Shown here piece after piece: positions 13,021 to 24,822 of a stretch of 64,000 nucleotides of DNA; the first letter of the stretch is position 1, and each line of letters opens with the position of its first letter. Under the pieces are notes generated by a model. That model was given only the letters and a program-made list of their open reading frames with translations. It was not told where the DNA came from and did not search any database. A program made the translations under genes and the position numbers. This DNA is from Lepidodermella squamata (lineage: Eukaryota; Animalia; Gastrotricha). The stretch covers positions 1,302,001-1,366,000 of the forward strand of contig JBLDXI010000074.1 of the NCBI GenBank assembly GCA_047495785.1. The letters are read 5' to 3'.

Positions 13021-14429
13021 ATGGCCGCGAAAGCGACAATGGTGCGAGAAGTTAATGCCCGATCTAAACAATGCTGCCGTGATGAAAAATTCCCGAATTT
13101 GAGAAAAAATCATGCGCTCGTATCCATATCTAAATATATTCTATTATGATGATGTAACATCTCTAGATTTGAAGCAAGCGGAGGAATAAAAAAATATTGC
13201 TGTAAAAAGACGCCGATATTCGATTATAATAATGTGCTATATAAATATTGCTTGATTTCAACCAATCACAACCAAGTCCTCCCACCTCGTGAAGATTAAA
13301 ACGCCTGGTAAAAAGAATGAAAATATTATTATTGTAAAAAATCACCCGGTGGCTGTCTCACGTGGAGTGCCACAAAAATCAATAACAGACCTGATCACTA
13401 TTGTTATTATCGCAAAGAAAAATGACTGTTTTTTCTCCACACAACCCGTGCTGCTTTTGTTGTTTCGATTTTTCGTCGGAACGAACCATTTTTGAATGTA
13501 AAAAAAGAACTGATGGAAGAGAATAAAAAAACTAGTTTTTTTGCGTTTTTTCTTCGATCTGCATGTTCAATTATAATTTTACTATGATTTTGTTCGTTTC
13601 TCTGGCCGCTGAATTCATCATCCATCCCGGACTTGCTAATCAACCCGTAGAATAGATATATAAATATTTTCTTCTAAAGAATGAATCACGTGCCTTCTGT
13701 GATGGCCCTAGAGCTGCTTTGAACTTTGAACCCGTGCGTGTTCAGAGTTCAAAAATTGTCTCGCACGTTTTCGTTTCTCCCCGTCGTTGTTACTACTATA
13801 TACTATATACATACATTTAACGCATCTTGCCTTTTTAGCTGCTCTTCAATAATGTTTCCAGGTAGTGGCGTTATTTTCTTTGTTCTCAAAGTCTGAAAAC
13901 ATCATTCGTGCTGTGTTGACAAATGTGGATTGTTCGCAAAATCTGGCTATATTTTACTGTCCGTCCGTGTTATATCTATCACATACAAGGTTATCATCAA
14001 GTAAAGGAGACGAAAAGAAAAACAATAAACAATATGCGCTATGATCAGTGGCTTTTCATTCCAACGTTGCGTTGTTGTTGTTCCAGGTAGCAGTAGGGAA
14101 GTAGGGGTCAACGGCTGAATGGGCTAGCAATCTGTCCGCTAGTTTCAGAACCCAACCAGTTCTGAACCAGCGCTTTGCCGAGCATCCAAAAGCTGTGGTG
14201 TTGTAACAAATGCAAATAACGCCCAGAAATGCCAAAAATCCACACATTTTAATCAAACCCAAACCACACGTTAGATAAATACAATAAAACATCTCTGAGC
14301 AGAATCGCATACTATCTTCAAAGCGTTTCACCAGCCTCTAGAGCCTCTTCCGCGATTCAAATGTCATTTCAGAAGATAATTTATACATTTAGATACTATA
14401 TTATGGTATTGAAGCCCATATACTAATGT

Positions 14430-14825
14430 TTAGTAGTCACTAGGCTTTAAGATGAAGGAAAGTTTGACCGCGACGTAGTGCTTGCAATGGGACAGGTCAG
14501 AGACGAAGTCACGCAGCGTGTTCGGCCGCTTAGCTTTCTCAGTGATTAGTTCGGTGACAGCAGCGGCGTTTCCGGAGAAGTACGGCTCAATGTACTTGCG
14601 CAGAGTGTTGTCCTTGATCATGGCTGTGATCTTATCGCGGAATTTAAATTGATCTTTCTGGGCAACAGCGGCAACTTCATTGTAGAAGGCATTCCGCTGA
14701 GCGAAGGTCTGGTGTGGTTTCTTTCCGTCCATGTTAGGCGGGAGCGGGCAAAACAGAGGGTTGCCGGGGGCAAGACCCACAGCGGCATTAGCCAAAGCAA
14801 ACCAAAATGCAACGAATCTACACAT
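14430..14825 (-). CDS. Hypothetical small secreted protein
   Basis: 131-aa ORF with a hydrophobic N-terminus (FVAFWFALANAAVG) and coding-like composition. A possible first exon lies at 14889-14857 (MNKFLVGPVVV, donor GTGAGT), but its phase does not join cleanly. Confidence 0.45.
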   Translation of the reverse strand: MCRFVAFWFALANAAVGLAPGNPLFCPLPPNMDGKKPHQTFAQRNAFYNEVAAVAQKDQFKFRDKITAMIKDNTLRKYIEPYFSGNAAAVTELITEKAKRPNTLRDFVSDLSHCKHYVAVKLSFILKPSDY

Positions 14826-14944
14826 GATTTGAAGATTTAGCAGGATGGGTACTCACCACAACGACGGGGCCAACGAGGAACTTGTTCATTTTCTATTGAG
14901 AGAAAATAAAATGTTGATAAGGGAAAAGTGAACAGTGAAAATTC

Positions 14945-16026
14945 AGATGTTACTAGCATTCGCGGACGATACTGCTTTATTATCGCAAGATTCGGAGAAA
15001 ATGCAATTGATTATAGATATTTTTGTTGAGGCGTGTGGACACTTGGGCTTGAAAATTAATGTTCCAAAAACCAAATTCATGAGAGTTAATAAAAATGACT
15101 GCAATTTACATTTACCTTTTTCCATCTACGGGCAGTACATTGAAGAAGTTGATGAATTCGTATATTTGGGAAGTGTTATCACGTCTGACGGCAGGTGTAA
15201 GGCTGATGTAAGGACTCGTTTAGAAAAAGGCAACAAAGCGTTTGGCGCTATGCGGAAATATATTTTTGGCAATCGATCTGTCCCGACTAAAGAAAAAATG
15301 AAATGTTTAAAGGGCGTTGTGGATGCGACTATCATGCATGGCAGCGAAAGTTGGACGTTAACTTCTGAGGATGCGAGGCGACTCGACGTAGGCTATATGC
15401 GTTATTTGCGTAAGATATGCGGAGTAACACTTAGGGACAGGATTCGCAATGAGGTCATTAGAAATATGTGTGGTTCAGAAAAATTTACATTCCAAATTGC
15501 TAGGCGGCAACTTCGCTGGTACGGGCACGTCGCTCGCATGGACCCCGTAAGGCTGGCAAGCCAGATGCGGTACTGGCAGCCGCCGGATGATACTTGGAGT
15601 AGACCTCGAGGGCGACCAAAATTAAGGTGGATTGATTGTATCAAAAAACATTTGAACAAAATAGGGATTAACAATTTTGAGGAGGCCGACGCCCTGGCCC
15701 AGGATAGAACTACTTGGAGACAAAAAATTCATAGTTATTTTGGTGAAAATGAAATATCAGAGTAAGGATGAGTTTTTGAGGTTGACGATCAGGATAGGTA
15801 GCTTGCTACCGGTCCTCCTCCGACACTCGGTTCGCTTGGCGTGAACAAAATTTACATCACGCCCGGCGAATTGGGTACACCGGAGTGAATTTTATTTTAT
15901 CATTTTTCCTTCTCATTTTTGTTTCTTCGTTTCTGTACTTGAACTCAATTGTTTTTGTTACGTTATTGTTGATCAATTAATGAAGGAAAAGATAAAATAA
16001 AGAAAATGCTATGCTATGCTATGCTA
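14945..16026 (+). mobile_element. 5'-truncated non-LTR retrotransposon, RTE clade (RT C-terminal part, 3' UTR, tandem-repeat tail)
   Basis: ORF 14935-15765 carries LAFADD, LKINVPKTKFM, FVYLGSVI, LRWYGHVARM, RPRGRPKLRW.D and AQDR..WR. The tail is (ATGCT)4 at about 16006-16026. It is flanked by the 9-bp direct repeat TGAAAATTC at 14936-14944 and 16027-16035. Confidence 0.93.
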
Positions 16027-16819
16027 TGAAAATTCCGTCGACTAGCTTGTGCTTTACAATGACGTGGATTTTTCACTTTTTGATAATCGCGTGAGTGAGT
16101 TGGCAGCTTCCAATTGTTGGATCAGTTGCTTCTGGCACTTCGGTGCATGTTGCTTGCTGCGGCTATGACATACAAAAGAAATTTATTATTCGTATGATAC
16201 AGCGAGAGGAAAATTGGGCTATAAGGAATTCTAGCCGTTTTATCATGCAAAAAACAAGCAGCTCGAACGCTGATGAGGAGATTTAGGTAACGATTACGTA
16301 ACAACGGGAATTCAAGATGTTTGAAGCTGCAATCGAGCACTTACCAGCAGCTTCTCGGCTTGTCAGCAGCCATATTCCGCCCATTTTTTCGTGTCCGTCA
16401 ACGATACACCTTTTTCTTCACAATATGTCCTAATTTTATGTGCAATCACTAGAAAATTTTAAAGGACGTCGACGCGCACCATAAACACTGAAGTCAATCT
16501 AAAGATAGGCATTAACTTTGACTTGGAGAAATCGTCCTCGGCTCGGTCCTTCTATGTGGGATCAATATGTGGGTGACCAGGGTGCCGTTAATTTTTACTT
16601 TACTTTTTACTGAGCATAATAGATTTTAGGTTATGCTTCGTTGGTTTATCCAATCGATTTTCTATTTTTGTAGCTGTTGTCTAGGATTTGAGCCGATCGA
16701 TTCGAACCAAATTTGAGTTTGAGGTGAGAGAGACGTGATTTTGAGTGGCATGACGGAAGAAAAACGCAAGGCGAAAGAGAAAACGCGATTGCTGGTGCTC
16801 ACATCTCATTATTAGCACC

Positions 16820-19800
16820 ATGATTTCTTCAATGCGTCGGCTGCATAGTTTTACGACTGCAGCGATGCTTCTTGCATGCTGTCGTATCCGAGCTCAAATG
16901 ATGTCCGGCACCGAGCAGTGGGTGACAAAGGCTGACTTTGCATACATGGTACCATCAACGTTAGCCCCGGTTTTCGAGGGCACTACGAGATCGAAATTGG
17001 AATGCTTTTTCTACTGCTCCAAAAGCGGTTGCGATAGCGTAGCTTATAGTGAGAAGAAACAATCATGCAAGGTGTACAGCCATCCTGATCGAATGACGCC
17101 TCTGCCAGCTCTGAAAGCAGACCTTGAGGGCGGCCATCAGATGTTCTACAAAGTTTGAGAGTTTTCTATTGCCGACTTTTACATGAGTATTGGCTCCATT
17201 TTATGCAGAAGCACTTCTGCCCTCCGGGCTGGATAGCAGATCTGGAAAGTGATCGATGCTACTTGCTGGGGAATCAGACGATCACAAGACCTGAAGCATG
17301 GCAAATCTGCGAACGTCGTCTCAGTTCAGAACTGGTCACGTTTCAAACCGTTAAACAGCGGCAAAACCTTTACAAGGTTTTATGAGGATGATTTTAATCG
17401 CTATTTTCGGCGGAAAAGCTCTAATTCATTGGGTTGGGTAGCTTTTATAGCGGCAGTACAGATGATTCAATTGATTTTTAATCGTCTATTATTTTTCAAG
17501 CTGCTGCTGTCGATGTATCCGAATGTAACCAAGTGGTGGACAGGCTACTCTGCATTCGCTGGCAGTACGTTTATTCGGACGGTTGCAGGTAGTATACGTA
17601 TATCGGTATTAAGAAGTATGTTACTCTGTTAATAATTTCAGAGTTGAAAGGCTACTCGCGGCGAGTGGGCAATTGCGCTTACCAGGATGATCCTTCCTTC
17701 CCGATCATGTATAATGTCGATGACCCAGCTCAGTGTGCAGTCAAGTGTGACCGTTCGTTACGAGACACGTGCATCGGTTTTGTTCACCTCCCACCACAGC
17801 GGTCGTGTTGGTTCAAAACCTCGGCTTGTGACAGCCCCGATTCCGGCATGCAAGGCTTTACTCTCTATGACAAAGTCCACGCCGGGCGACCCATGGCGAC
17901 TTACCAATCAATGGCGCCAACGCCGCCTTTTATTTACCCTTCGCCTATGGGGTGTTTAGCCGGAACAGCCACCGAAAAACTAAGAGGCCTGAAGCAATGC
18001 CGCGATTACTGCTATAAAAACTTTGGCCGCAGAGCAGTTGCAATGCAGTACAGAACTGATGCTCCAAACTTTGCAAACCACGAATGTTGCTGCCGGAGTC
18101 GATCGGTACCTTCTAGGTACGCCATTAACAATGTCAACACGTACGAAATCAGCTCGGACATCAAACCGGGGCCGTGTCCTTTCGGAATTCGACACCGCGA
18201 TGTTTGCCTCGTCGTTATACTCGGTGTAGACTATTCGCAGCCTCAACAATCCGACCGATGTGCTCAAATGGGGGGAATCTTGATGCTCCCAAGTGGCATC
18301 CAAAAGGCGCTGGTGTTTACTGAATGGCTGAGTCTTATCGTTAAAAACGCAGTGCCCTCCGCAAGCTATGGAACGTATATTGATTTAACGTTGCGCAATG
18401 CACCCAGGGATTACATCACGAGATTACGCGGCCTAAACCTGTCCAGCTCTCCAGTCTACGATCCATGGGCATGGGAGCCAAGGTGAGTTTTTAATTATTC
18501 ATTTTAATCTGAGGCCACAGGAAAATTCATCGTTTGACACCAGCCAGCCAGATGCTGCGGATTCGTGTGTTACTGGCTGGCCTCTATACGACATATACTG
18601 CACGTTTCGTACAACTGCTGTTTGCGAAATACGTAAGCTATAACGTATAATGTATTTGAAGTTGAACTGACAACTATCATATTCTTACATCACTTGTTTA
18701 ACGCCTCCAGCGATAAGTCAGTGGTACCCGCAAAATTGCCGCTTCACGCCGCCTGGACTCGAATACGGCGGTATCATGGCAGTTACAGCATCTGGGGCGC
18801 CCTGTAAATCGTGGCTCACTGCCGGGTATCCCCGTGAAAATTTCCCTGGCAACGTCTACGACGTCCCTTATTGCCGCAACCCTGATCCTATCGGAATGCC
18901 GAACGGCCCCTGGTGCTTTCGAGCTGACGACGGCTCGAAAGAATACTGCAAGCAGCCACCAATGTGTCGTATGTTTGACGATGAAAATATAGTTTAATCT
19001 CTGCAGATGCAGCAAAAGCGCCTAAGGTCTTCTTCGGGCAACCCGACAACCGAAATGTGACACGCAATACCCAATATAAGATTTTTCTGAATTCAAACTT
19101 TACTTTGGCATCCCTTCAAGTCAAATTATAGAATTACTGATGAATTTTGACGGCATTTGACGGATACAGGAAGACATTGGGCTTAAGATTCGTCACACTC
19201 GAAAAGCTTTTGAACGCCTCGTTACACACTCGGATTTGAATGAACATTTGCGAGGAATGTTGCGAGGAAGAAACAGTTCAGGCCAAATGTTTCTATTTAT
19301 TTTTCGTATAATTTTTAATGCAGCGGAATCCGATTGGGCAGCTGGTCAGAATTTCTTTGATTTTTCAAAGCCTCACGCTGCAATTTCAGCTAGCGCCGGA
19401 GGATCAGATACTTACAAGTGGACCGTCGAGAGGTTCGACGCCACGGCAAGCCCAATTTGCAGTTTATCTATGAAAGATTGTGAGAATTTCTCATTTCTCT
19501 TTGATTAAATTAACCTAATTAATCGCCGAAGGGTGCCCATACTTCTTTGGCGGAAGCTGCTATGCTATTTACGAACTGGCTCTGCTCCACGACGAGGCAG
19601 CAGTGGCGTGCCGATCAGACGGCTGGCATTTGATCGCTTTTAACAGTGTAGCAGAGCAAGATTTCATCTCGAGTATCACGATGGGATTAGGGAGTTAGCT
19701 AACAGCGCTAATATATCCGTTGTAGTTTTAGCTGTTGCCCTTACAGGATCGCGCGTCTCAATCTATTTCGGATATCACCTCGGCTTGAAACGGCAGAACG

Positions 19801-19982
19801 GGGCGTTCAATGCCTGGGATAATGGCGAGCCGGTTACTTTCACGAACTACCGATCAGGCATTGCCTTAAACCAGACTTGCATTGTGATGAGCGGATATAA
19901 TCCTTACTCTGGCGAATGGGAAGACGCCGACTGCAGCCAGGCCAAGGCTTTCCCTCTGTGTGAAATCGAGCTCGCCAAATGA
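16820..19982 (+). CDS. Secreted multidomain lectin: PAN/apple, C-type lectin (several, some degenerate) and kringle domains
   Basis: Signal peptide; PAN-like (SKLECFFYCSKSGCDSVAYS...C); CTL start CPPGW...CYLL...EAWQIC; second PAN (QCAVKC...CIGFVH...SCWFK); CTL ending AVCEI; kringle (EYGG...TASGAPCKSW...YCRNPD...GPWCF...EYC); terminal CTL (CY...EAAVAC...WEDADC...FPLCE). Many short introns; internal boundaries approximate. Confidence 0.8.
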
Positions 19983-20634
19983 CTACGGCATGGGGAGAAT
20001 TTGGAAACAAAATTTCTTCGATTACTTATCTCAATTGAATCTTGGCAGCCTTGAACTTTGAAGCTGCAGCGAAGCTCCCTGTGGCATTTCCCATTCTTCT
20101 CCTTTTCCTTTGCTTTTCACTTGCTTCGCAATCAAAGATTGAAATCAATTTCGAAATTATTCACTATAACGACTTCACCGCATATATCCATTGGTAATAA
20201 ACTGGACTCAAAATTAGAAAATTTACATTTAAAAAGGTGTTAAAATCCTTGTTCTCACTTATTCATATTTCATCTAGATCTTATACCTTATTAATAAAGT
20301 TTGAGAATAAATCGATTTGTCTGTAGCTTTTTGGGAATCAGCTATTTCTCTTGGGAATGAGTTACACGGCGTCCGTTTTCTTGCTGTTCAAAAGCTAGAT
20401 TGGGTATTATCTAGAATCAATATCAAATGAGACCAATAAATCACCGATTAGGATGAATTGTAATCAAAGTTGCGAAAAACGTGCGTTATCAGCTGAAAAA
20501 TCACAGTTCAAGCCTTCGCAATGTTATCGCTATCGTCACAGTTCACAGTCGACTGAAAAATGCTAATTCATCGACGCAGCATTTGTGCGCATTTTCCCAG
20601 CTGTTTTCACAAAATAGAATCACAGAGAGCAATT

Positions 20635-21948
20635 ATGTACTCACTGTTTCTCGCAGCCTTCCTCTCACATGTAACATGTATAGAGGGGTTTGGCAAGATT
20701 TCTATCTATCGAGCGAATGCAAGCGTTGCAATTCCGTGTAAGAAATACGAAGAGTACAAGAACCATTCTCTATACGCCGTCGAATGGTTCGGCCCAATGG
20801 GTGTTAAAGTTACAGAACACAATGGCATCGACAACGAAACAGGCGCTTTGAACATAACCATCAACTCATCTAGTTATGGTACTTAATTGCTGCTTTCACC
20901 ATCTCCAAATAAACGGTTTCAATTTCAGGTTGGTACACTTGTGTCATCTTCTCACGGGAAAGTTCCGGAGCTACTGCAGTAAGAGCTATTGAAGACACAA
21001 GGGTCGACTACCACGAAATCAGCTTTGAAAGGCTCTATAAAAATGTTTGCATATGGCACAAATAATGAATTGTTCTCACATTCTTCTATTTGTTCTAGAA
21101 TTTGATCGCTGCAATCATTGCCTCGACAAGTTTTGTCCTGTTGATCCTTCTTGCCTGGCTGGTTTGGTCCTACAGATGGCGGCCGTCTTCCGCCAACTTG
21201 GATGGGCAGAACGACTCGGAAAACAAGAGCAAGTCATCCAAGAAGCCTGTTATGGAGCATTTGGTCGGCAAAGCAATTGAAATAACGGTTAGCCTATCAC
21301 AAAACCGGACAGAGAGTTGCTATATCAGGAAAATACTGACTGATTTTAAACATCAGTCGGAAACTCACGGGCGGATAGGTCCTTCCTGATAATATAGAAG
21401 TCCCGTGATTAATCATTTTTGGTTAACCCCCTTTTAAGGATGATTCACGTTTCAGACGCACCCTCCTTGGTTTTTCATCTATTATTTATTATTTTGTTTT
21501 GTAGCGAAACAAAAAGAAGAAACCGGGAGCGAACAACGGCTGTGACGTTACGTGGACACAGCCACTCGGCGGTTATACAAACCAAATTTCTGTCGATAGC
21601 AGTGATAATGAGTCCAACATGGGCCGTCAAGTCGATGTCAACCCGATCGCCTCGACTAATTCAGGCCGCTACATCGCAGCAAGCGTGCGTCCATCTGGCG
21701 CTGAGGATCCGCGAACATCTGTTCAAACAAACGTACTCTACGAGCAATCTATTGTGCGCGAGTCGACCTCCGATGCTCCTATCGTCTTCTCCGCCCATAC
21801 TAAGTTCATGGCTGAGGTTTCCACAACAATGCCGGTCCCGATTGAGGCGATGACCTATACAAAACCAGGCGAAGTTTTGCCTGGACGAAGGGCCGATCAA
21901 ACGGCGTCGAATACTGGCGATGACGGAGAGGAATACACCTATATTTAG
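20635..21948 (+). CDS. Single-pass type I membrane protein with one Ig-like domain and a Tyr-containing cytoplasmic tail
   Basis: Signal peptide MYSLFLAAFLSHVTC; VAIPC...VEWF...GALNIT...(intron)GWYTC Ig pattern; TM LIAAIIASTSFVLLILLAWLVW; tail ends DDGEEYTYI*. Confidence 0.75.
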
Positions 21949-22441
21949 ATTTCGAGTAAAGGCGATAAAACAGCTTATTATTTATTATTTGAATCTACTT
22001 AAGAAAATCAAATTATCACCCAGACACAATAAAATATCAGCTACATCAGACTGGAATATGAAGCATGGGACTGAAGTATTAGCTCGAGTTTAAATATCCT
22101 TCATCACACACAAGTCGAATTTTTTTAAATTAAGTATCAGGGATGCGCGCGATGATGTCCTAAGGCTAGTTTTAATAATAGTTATTTCAGCGGCTTTTAT
22201 ACCATGTACAACTATGACGGTCTACCTGATGACGCATGAAAATAGGCGGGGTCTCATATCGAGCATCACAAACAGCAGTTTTTGTTAATTGTTTTCATCG
22301 AACAGCATGAATGATAATCTGATACAGAAGTTTGAGAGAAGCAGCTTTTCAACTAATCGAATAATGAAAAGGCGACATGGAGGGAGAGTGAGAGTTTCAT
22401 GATAATTTCAGTTTTATGATCAGTAAGGCATTTTTTTGAAC

Positions 22442-23225
22442 TCACGCAGAAACCTCGCGGACGACCCAGACTCGAGTAGTTGTCTTTTTACAAAACTTTG
22501 CGCAAATTGCTATGATTCCGCAGCCTAAGCATACTCCGACGACAATACCGGCAATCTTCTCGACATTGGGCGGGTCTTCACTGGCTATTGGATGAATAAA
22601 TGTATTTATTAATGTATGAATAAACATTCTCATATCGCAGCTTAATTCCGGGCTTACAGGAGCTAACCAGCTGAACATTCAGCGAATTTTGAGAACTTGG
22701 ATACAACTTATCCCAATGTATTTAGAATGGTTTCAAGTAGCCCGGAATTGAGCCGCAACTTTTCAATAACTCACGTTGTGTGCTCTTGAAATACGAGTTG
22801 GTAGCATTGCATTCGCTTCCGCCTGCCGTGCAAACTCCAGGCATGCAACAGAAGCAGTAGCTGCTGGCTGATTCACGGCAGTTACTCGCCATGAAAAGCT
22901 TAGTTGTCACAGGAAAGTTTTCGCCGTTGTTCATGTTCGGCAGCACTGACATCAAAGCGTCTGTGTTTGATCGATTCGTGCACGAAAAGTATTTGCTGCG
23001 CGTGCTGGCGTCGTAAAAACTGCTGCTGGTTCTGTACGTAAGAGCGCAGCACATTGAGGTATCTTGGAGTTTAAGAGGCGGAGAAAGAGCCAACTTTAGG
23101 TCAGATGTGCTGACACTGCATATCGCAAAGTAACCTGATGAAAGAAGTTCAGAATACAATTCAATATAGTCCCCATAAATAAATTCATAACCGTCTATCA
23201 AGTAAACAAAAATACTCCACTTCAT
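22442..23225 (-). CDS. Cys-rich single-pass membrane protein with a short tail
   Basis: 167-aa Cys-rich ORF (23225-22722) plus a terminal exon with TM IAGIVVGVCLGCGIIAICAKFC followed by KK. Splice joins are uncertain. Confidence 0.5.
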
Positions 23226-23552
23226 ACAATGTTTCTGTTTTCGATAGTGAAGCTCCGAAAGATGGAAGCTTTAGAAAACAGGTCTCATCCTTTAAGGTTC
23301 GAAATGATCTAAAGTTAGATTTGGAGTCGATATCCACCGTAATTCCTCGGTCTTTGCTCAGTACATTTGGGATTAAATTGATAGAATCTCCTAGATAATT
23401 CGTCTGGGTCAGAAAATAAAAGAAAATAGGTTTTCCGAAAGGGCAAAGTTATATCCAGCATTTAGTAGAGAGGAGTTGTTACCAACTCTCGTGTCGCCAC
23501 CAGGAACATGCGCGCGAATAAAAATTCACAGTTCACATTAATCTATTATTCT

Positions 23553-24822
23553 TATCTCTCCTTTGAGCATTCGTTGTGCGCCACCCCGACCCGGTGCTCA
23601 ATTTCGTTGAGCATCTTTGAGCGTTCCGTTTAGCACTGTTGAGCACTCCGTCGAACAGCGTTGTGCACATTGAGCACAAAATGAGACATTTCTTTAGGCA
23701 CGTTGAGCTTCTTTGAGCAGCCTTCGAGCACTCGTTGTGCGGCTCTTGAGCATCGCGTTCAGCGCCAGATTAAGCACCAGTCGTCAATGAATTAAAAAAA
23801 ATCAGTCGCGAGCAGGAATTGAACCAGCCCTACGGGAGGAAGATCTTGTGTGTTTCTTGTCGAGCTCACAAGATCTTCGCACGATCCGGTGGGGACGTCT
23901 TGTGAAGATTTCCACAAGATTTTGAGGGGATCTTGTGGCCATCTTGTGTATTCAACTTGAGCTAAACAAAATATTAGCAGTGCATATGCTAATGAGGCTT
24001 CTGGTTATCGTCGGGATGATTATTCAATGCCTCAAAATGTCTATTTTTTCGCGTTTTCACATGTCAGTGACCCAATACCTGACTGATTTGCCACTTTCGG
24101 CAACTTACGGTTGGCAACTTTGGCTGCCTACAAAGTGATAATAACACCTGACTACCTGGTTGAAATGCCAGACACCCTGGTTACGAGTGCCGTTTCGGCT
24201 GCCGATTTTCACAATATTGTCAGAAGATTTCATTAAATTTAATTAATTTCGTTTGCCTTTTGCTCTTAATTTCTTGAAGCAATCTTGTACAAGTCTTGTG
24301 GCCCGTCTTGTCAAGATCATCGCACGATCCTCTCTGGTCAAACCACAAGATTGTACAAGATCTTGTCAAGATCTTGCAAAGATTTTTTCTTCTCGTAGGG
24401 AGTGTGATCACTGCTCTCAAGCCCGCAATCAAATCCATTGCGCCACTGGCTTCTCATAAATGGATCAAAATCGACTCATCAATAATTCCATTTGTTAACA
24501 ATTTTGCAACTTTGGCAGTTTTTTGTAATTGCAACCGAGCCATTTGCAAATGAAAAAATATAATTGGGGAAAAAATATAAAAAAAACAACCAGTCAGGGG
24601 CGGGAATCGAACCAGTGATCACTGCCTTCACACTCAATTTTGTCATCTTTGGAGTGCTCAATGATAACCTGTTATCCTGTTGCGCACAAGTTGAGCACTT
24701 TCGATATGTTCCGGCTGACGTTGAGCATAAATTGCGCACAAATTGCGCTCCCATTGAGCAATCATTGAGCATTTTGAGCACAAGTTGTGAAATTGAGCAA
24801 AAGTGCTCATGAAGGAGAGATA
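23553..24822. mobile_element. Non-autonomous TIR element with many TTGAGCA subterminal repeats; contains a nested element
   Basis: Ends are TATCTCTCCTTTGAGCA ... TGCTCATGAAGGAGAGATA (imperfect inverted repeat). Dense TTGAGCA/TTGTGC motifs occur at 23560-23780 and 24650-24810. Confidence 0.7.
23828..24400. mobile_element. Nested MITE with CCC...GGG termini and an apparent 2-bp TSD
   Basis: Termini CCCTACGGGAGGAAGA / TTTTCTTCTCGTAGGG, AG on both flanks, and repeated CAAGATCTTG-type subterminal motifs. It interrupts a motif whose unbroken copy is at about 24590-24635. Confidence 0.75.

Noticed and set aside
22222-22250. CTGATGA...GAAA hammerhead-like core
   Set aside because: Only 5 nt between the motifs, and no convincing stems I/III or cleavage triplet.
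23560-24400. CRISPR-like array from recurring TTGAGCA / CAAGATCTTG motifs
   Set aside because: Motifs are short, irregularly spaced and subterminal to TIR elements in eukaryotic DNA; no cas genes.
24590-24640. tRNA gene
   Set aside because: Only a T-arm-like fragment inside a repeat; no full cloverleaf could be built.
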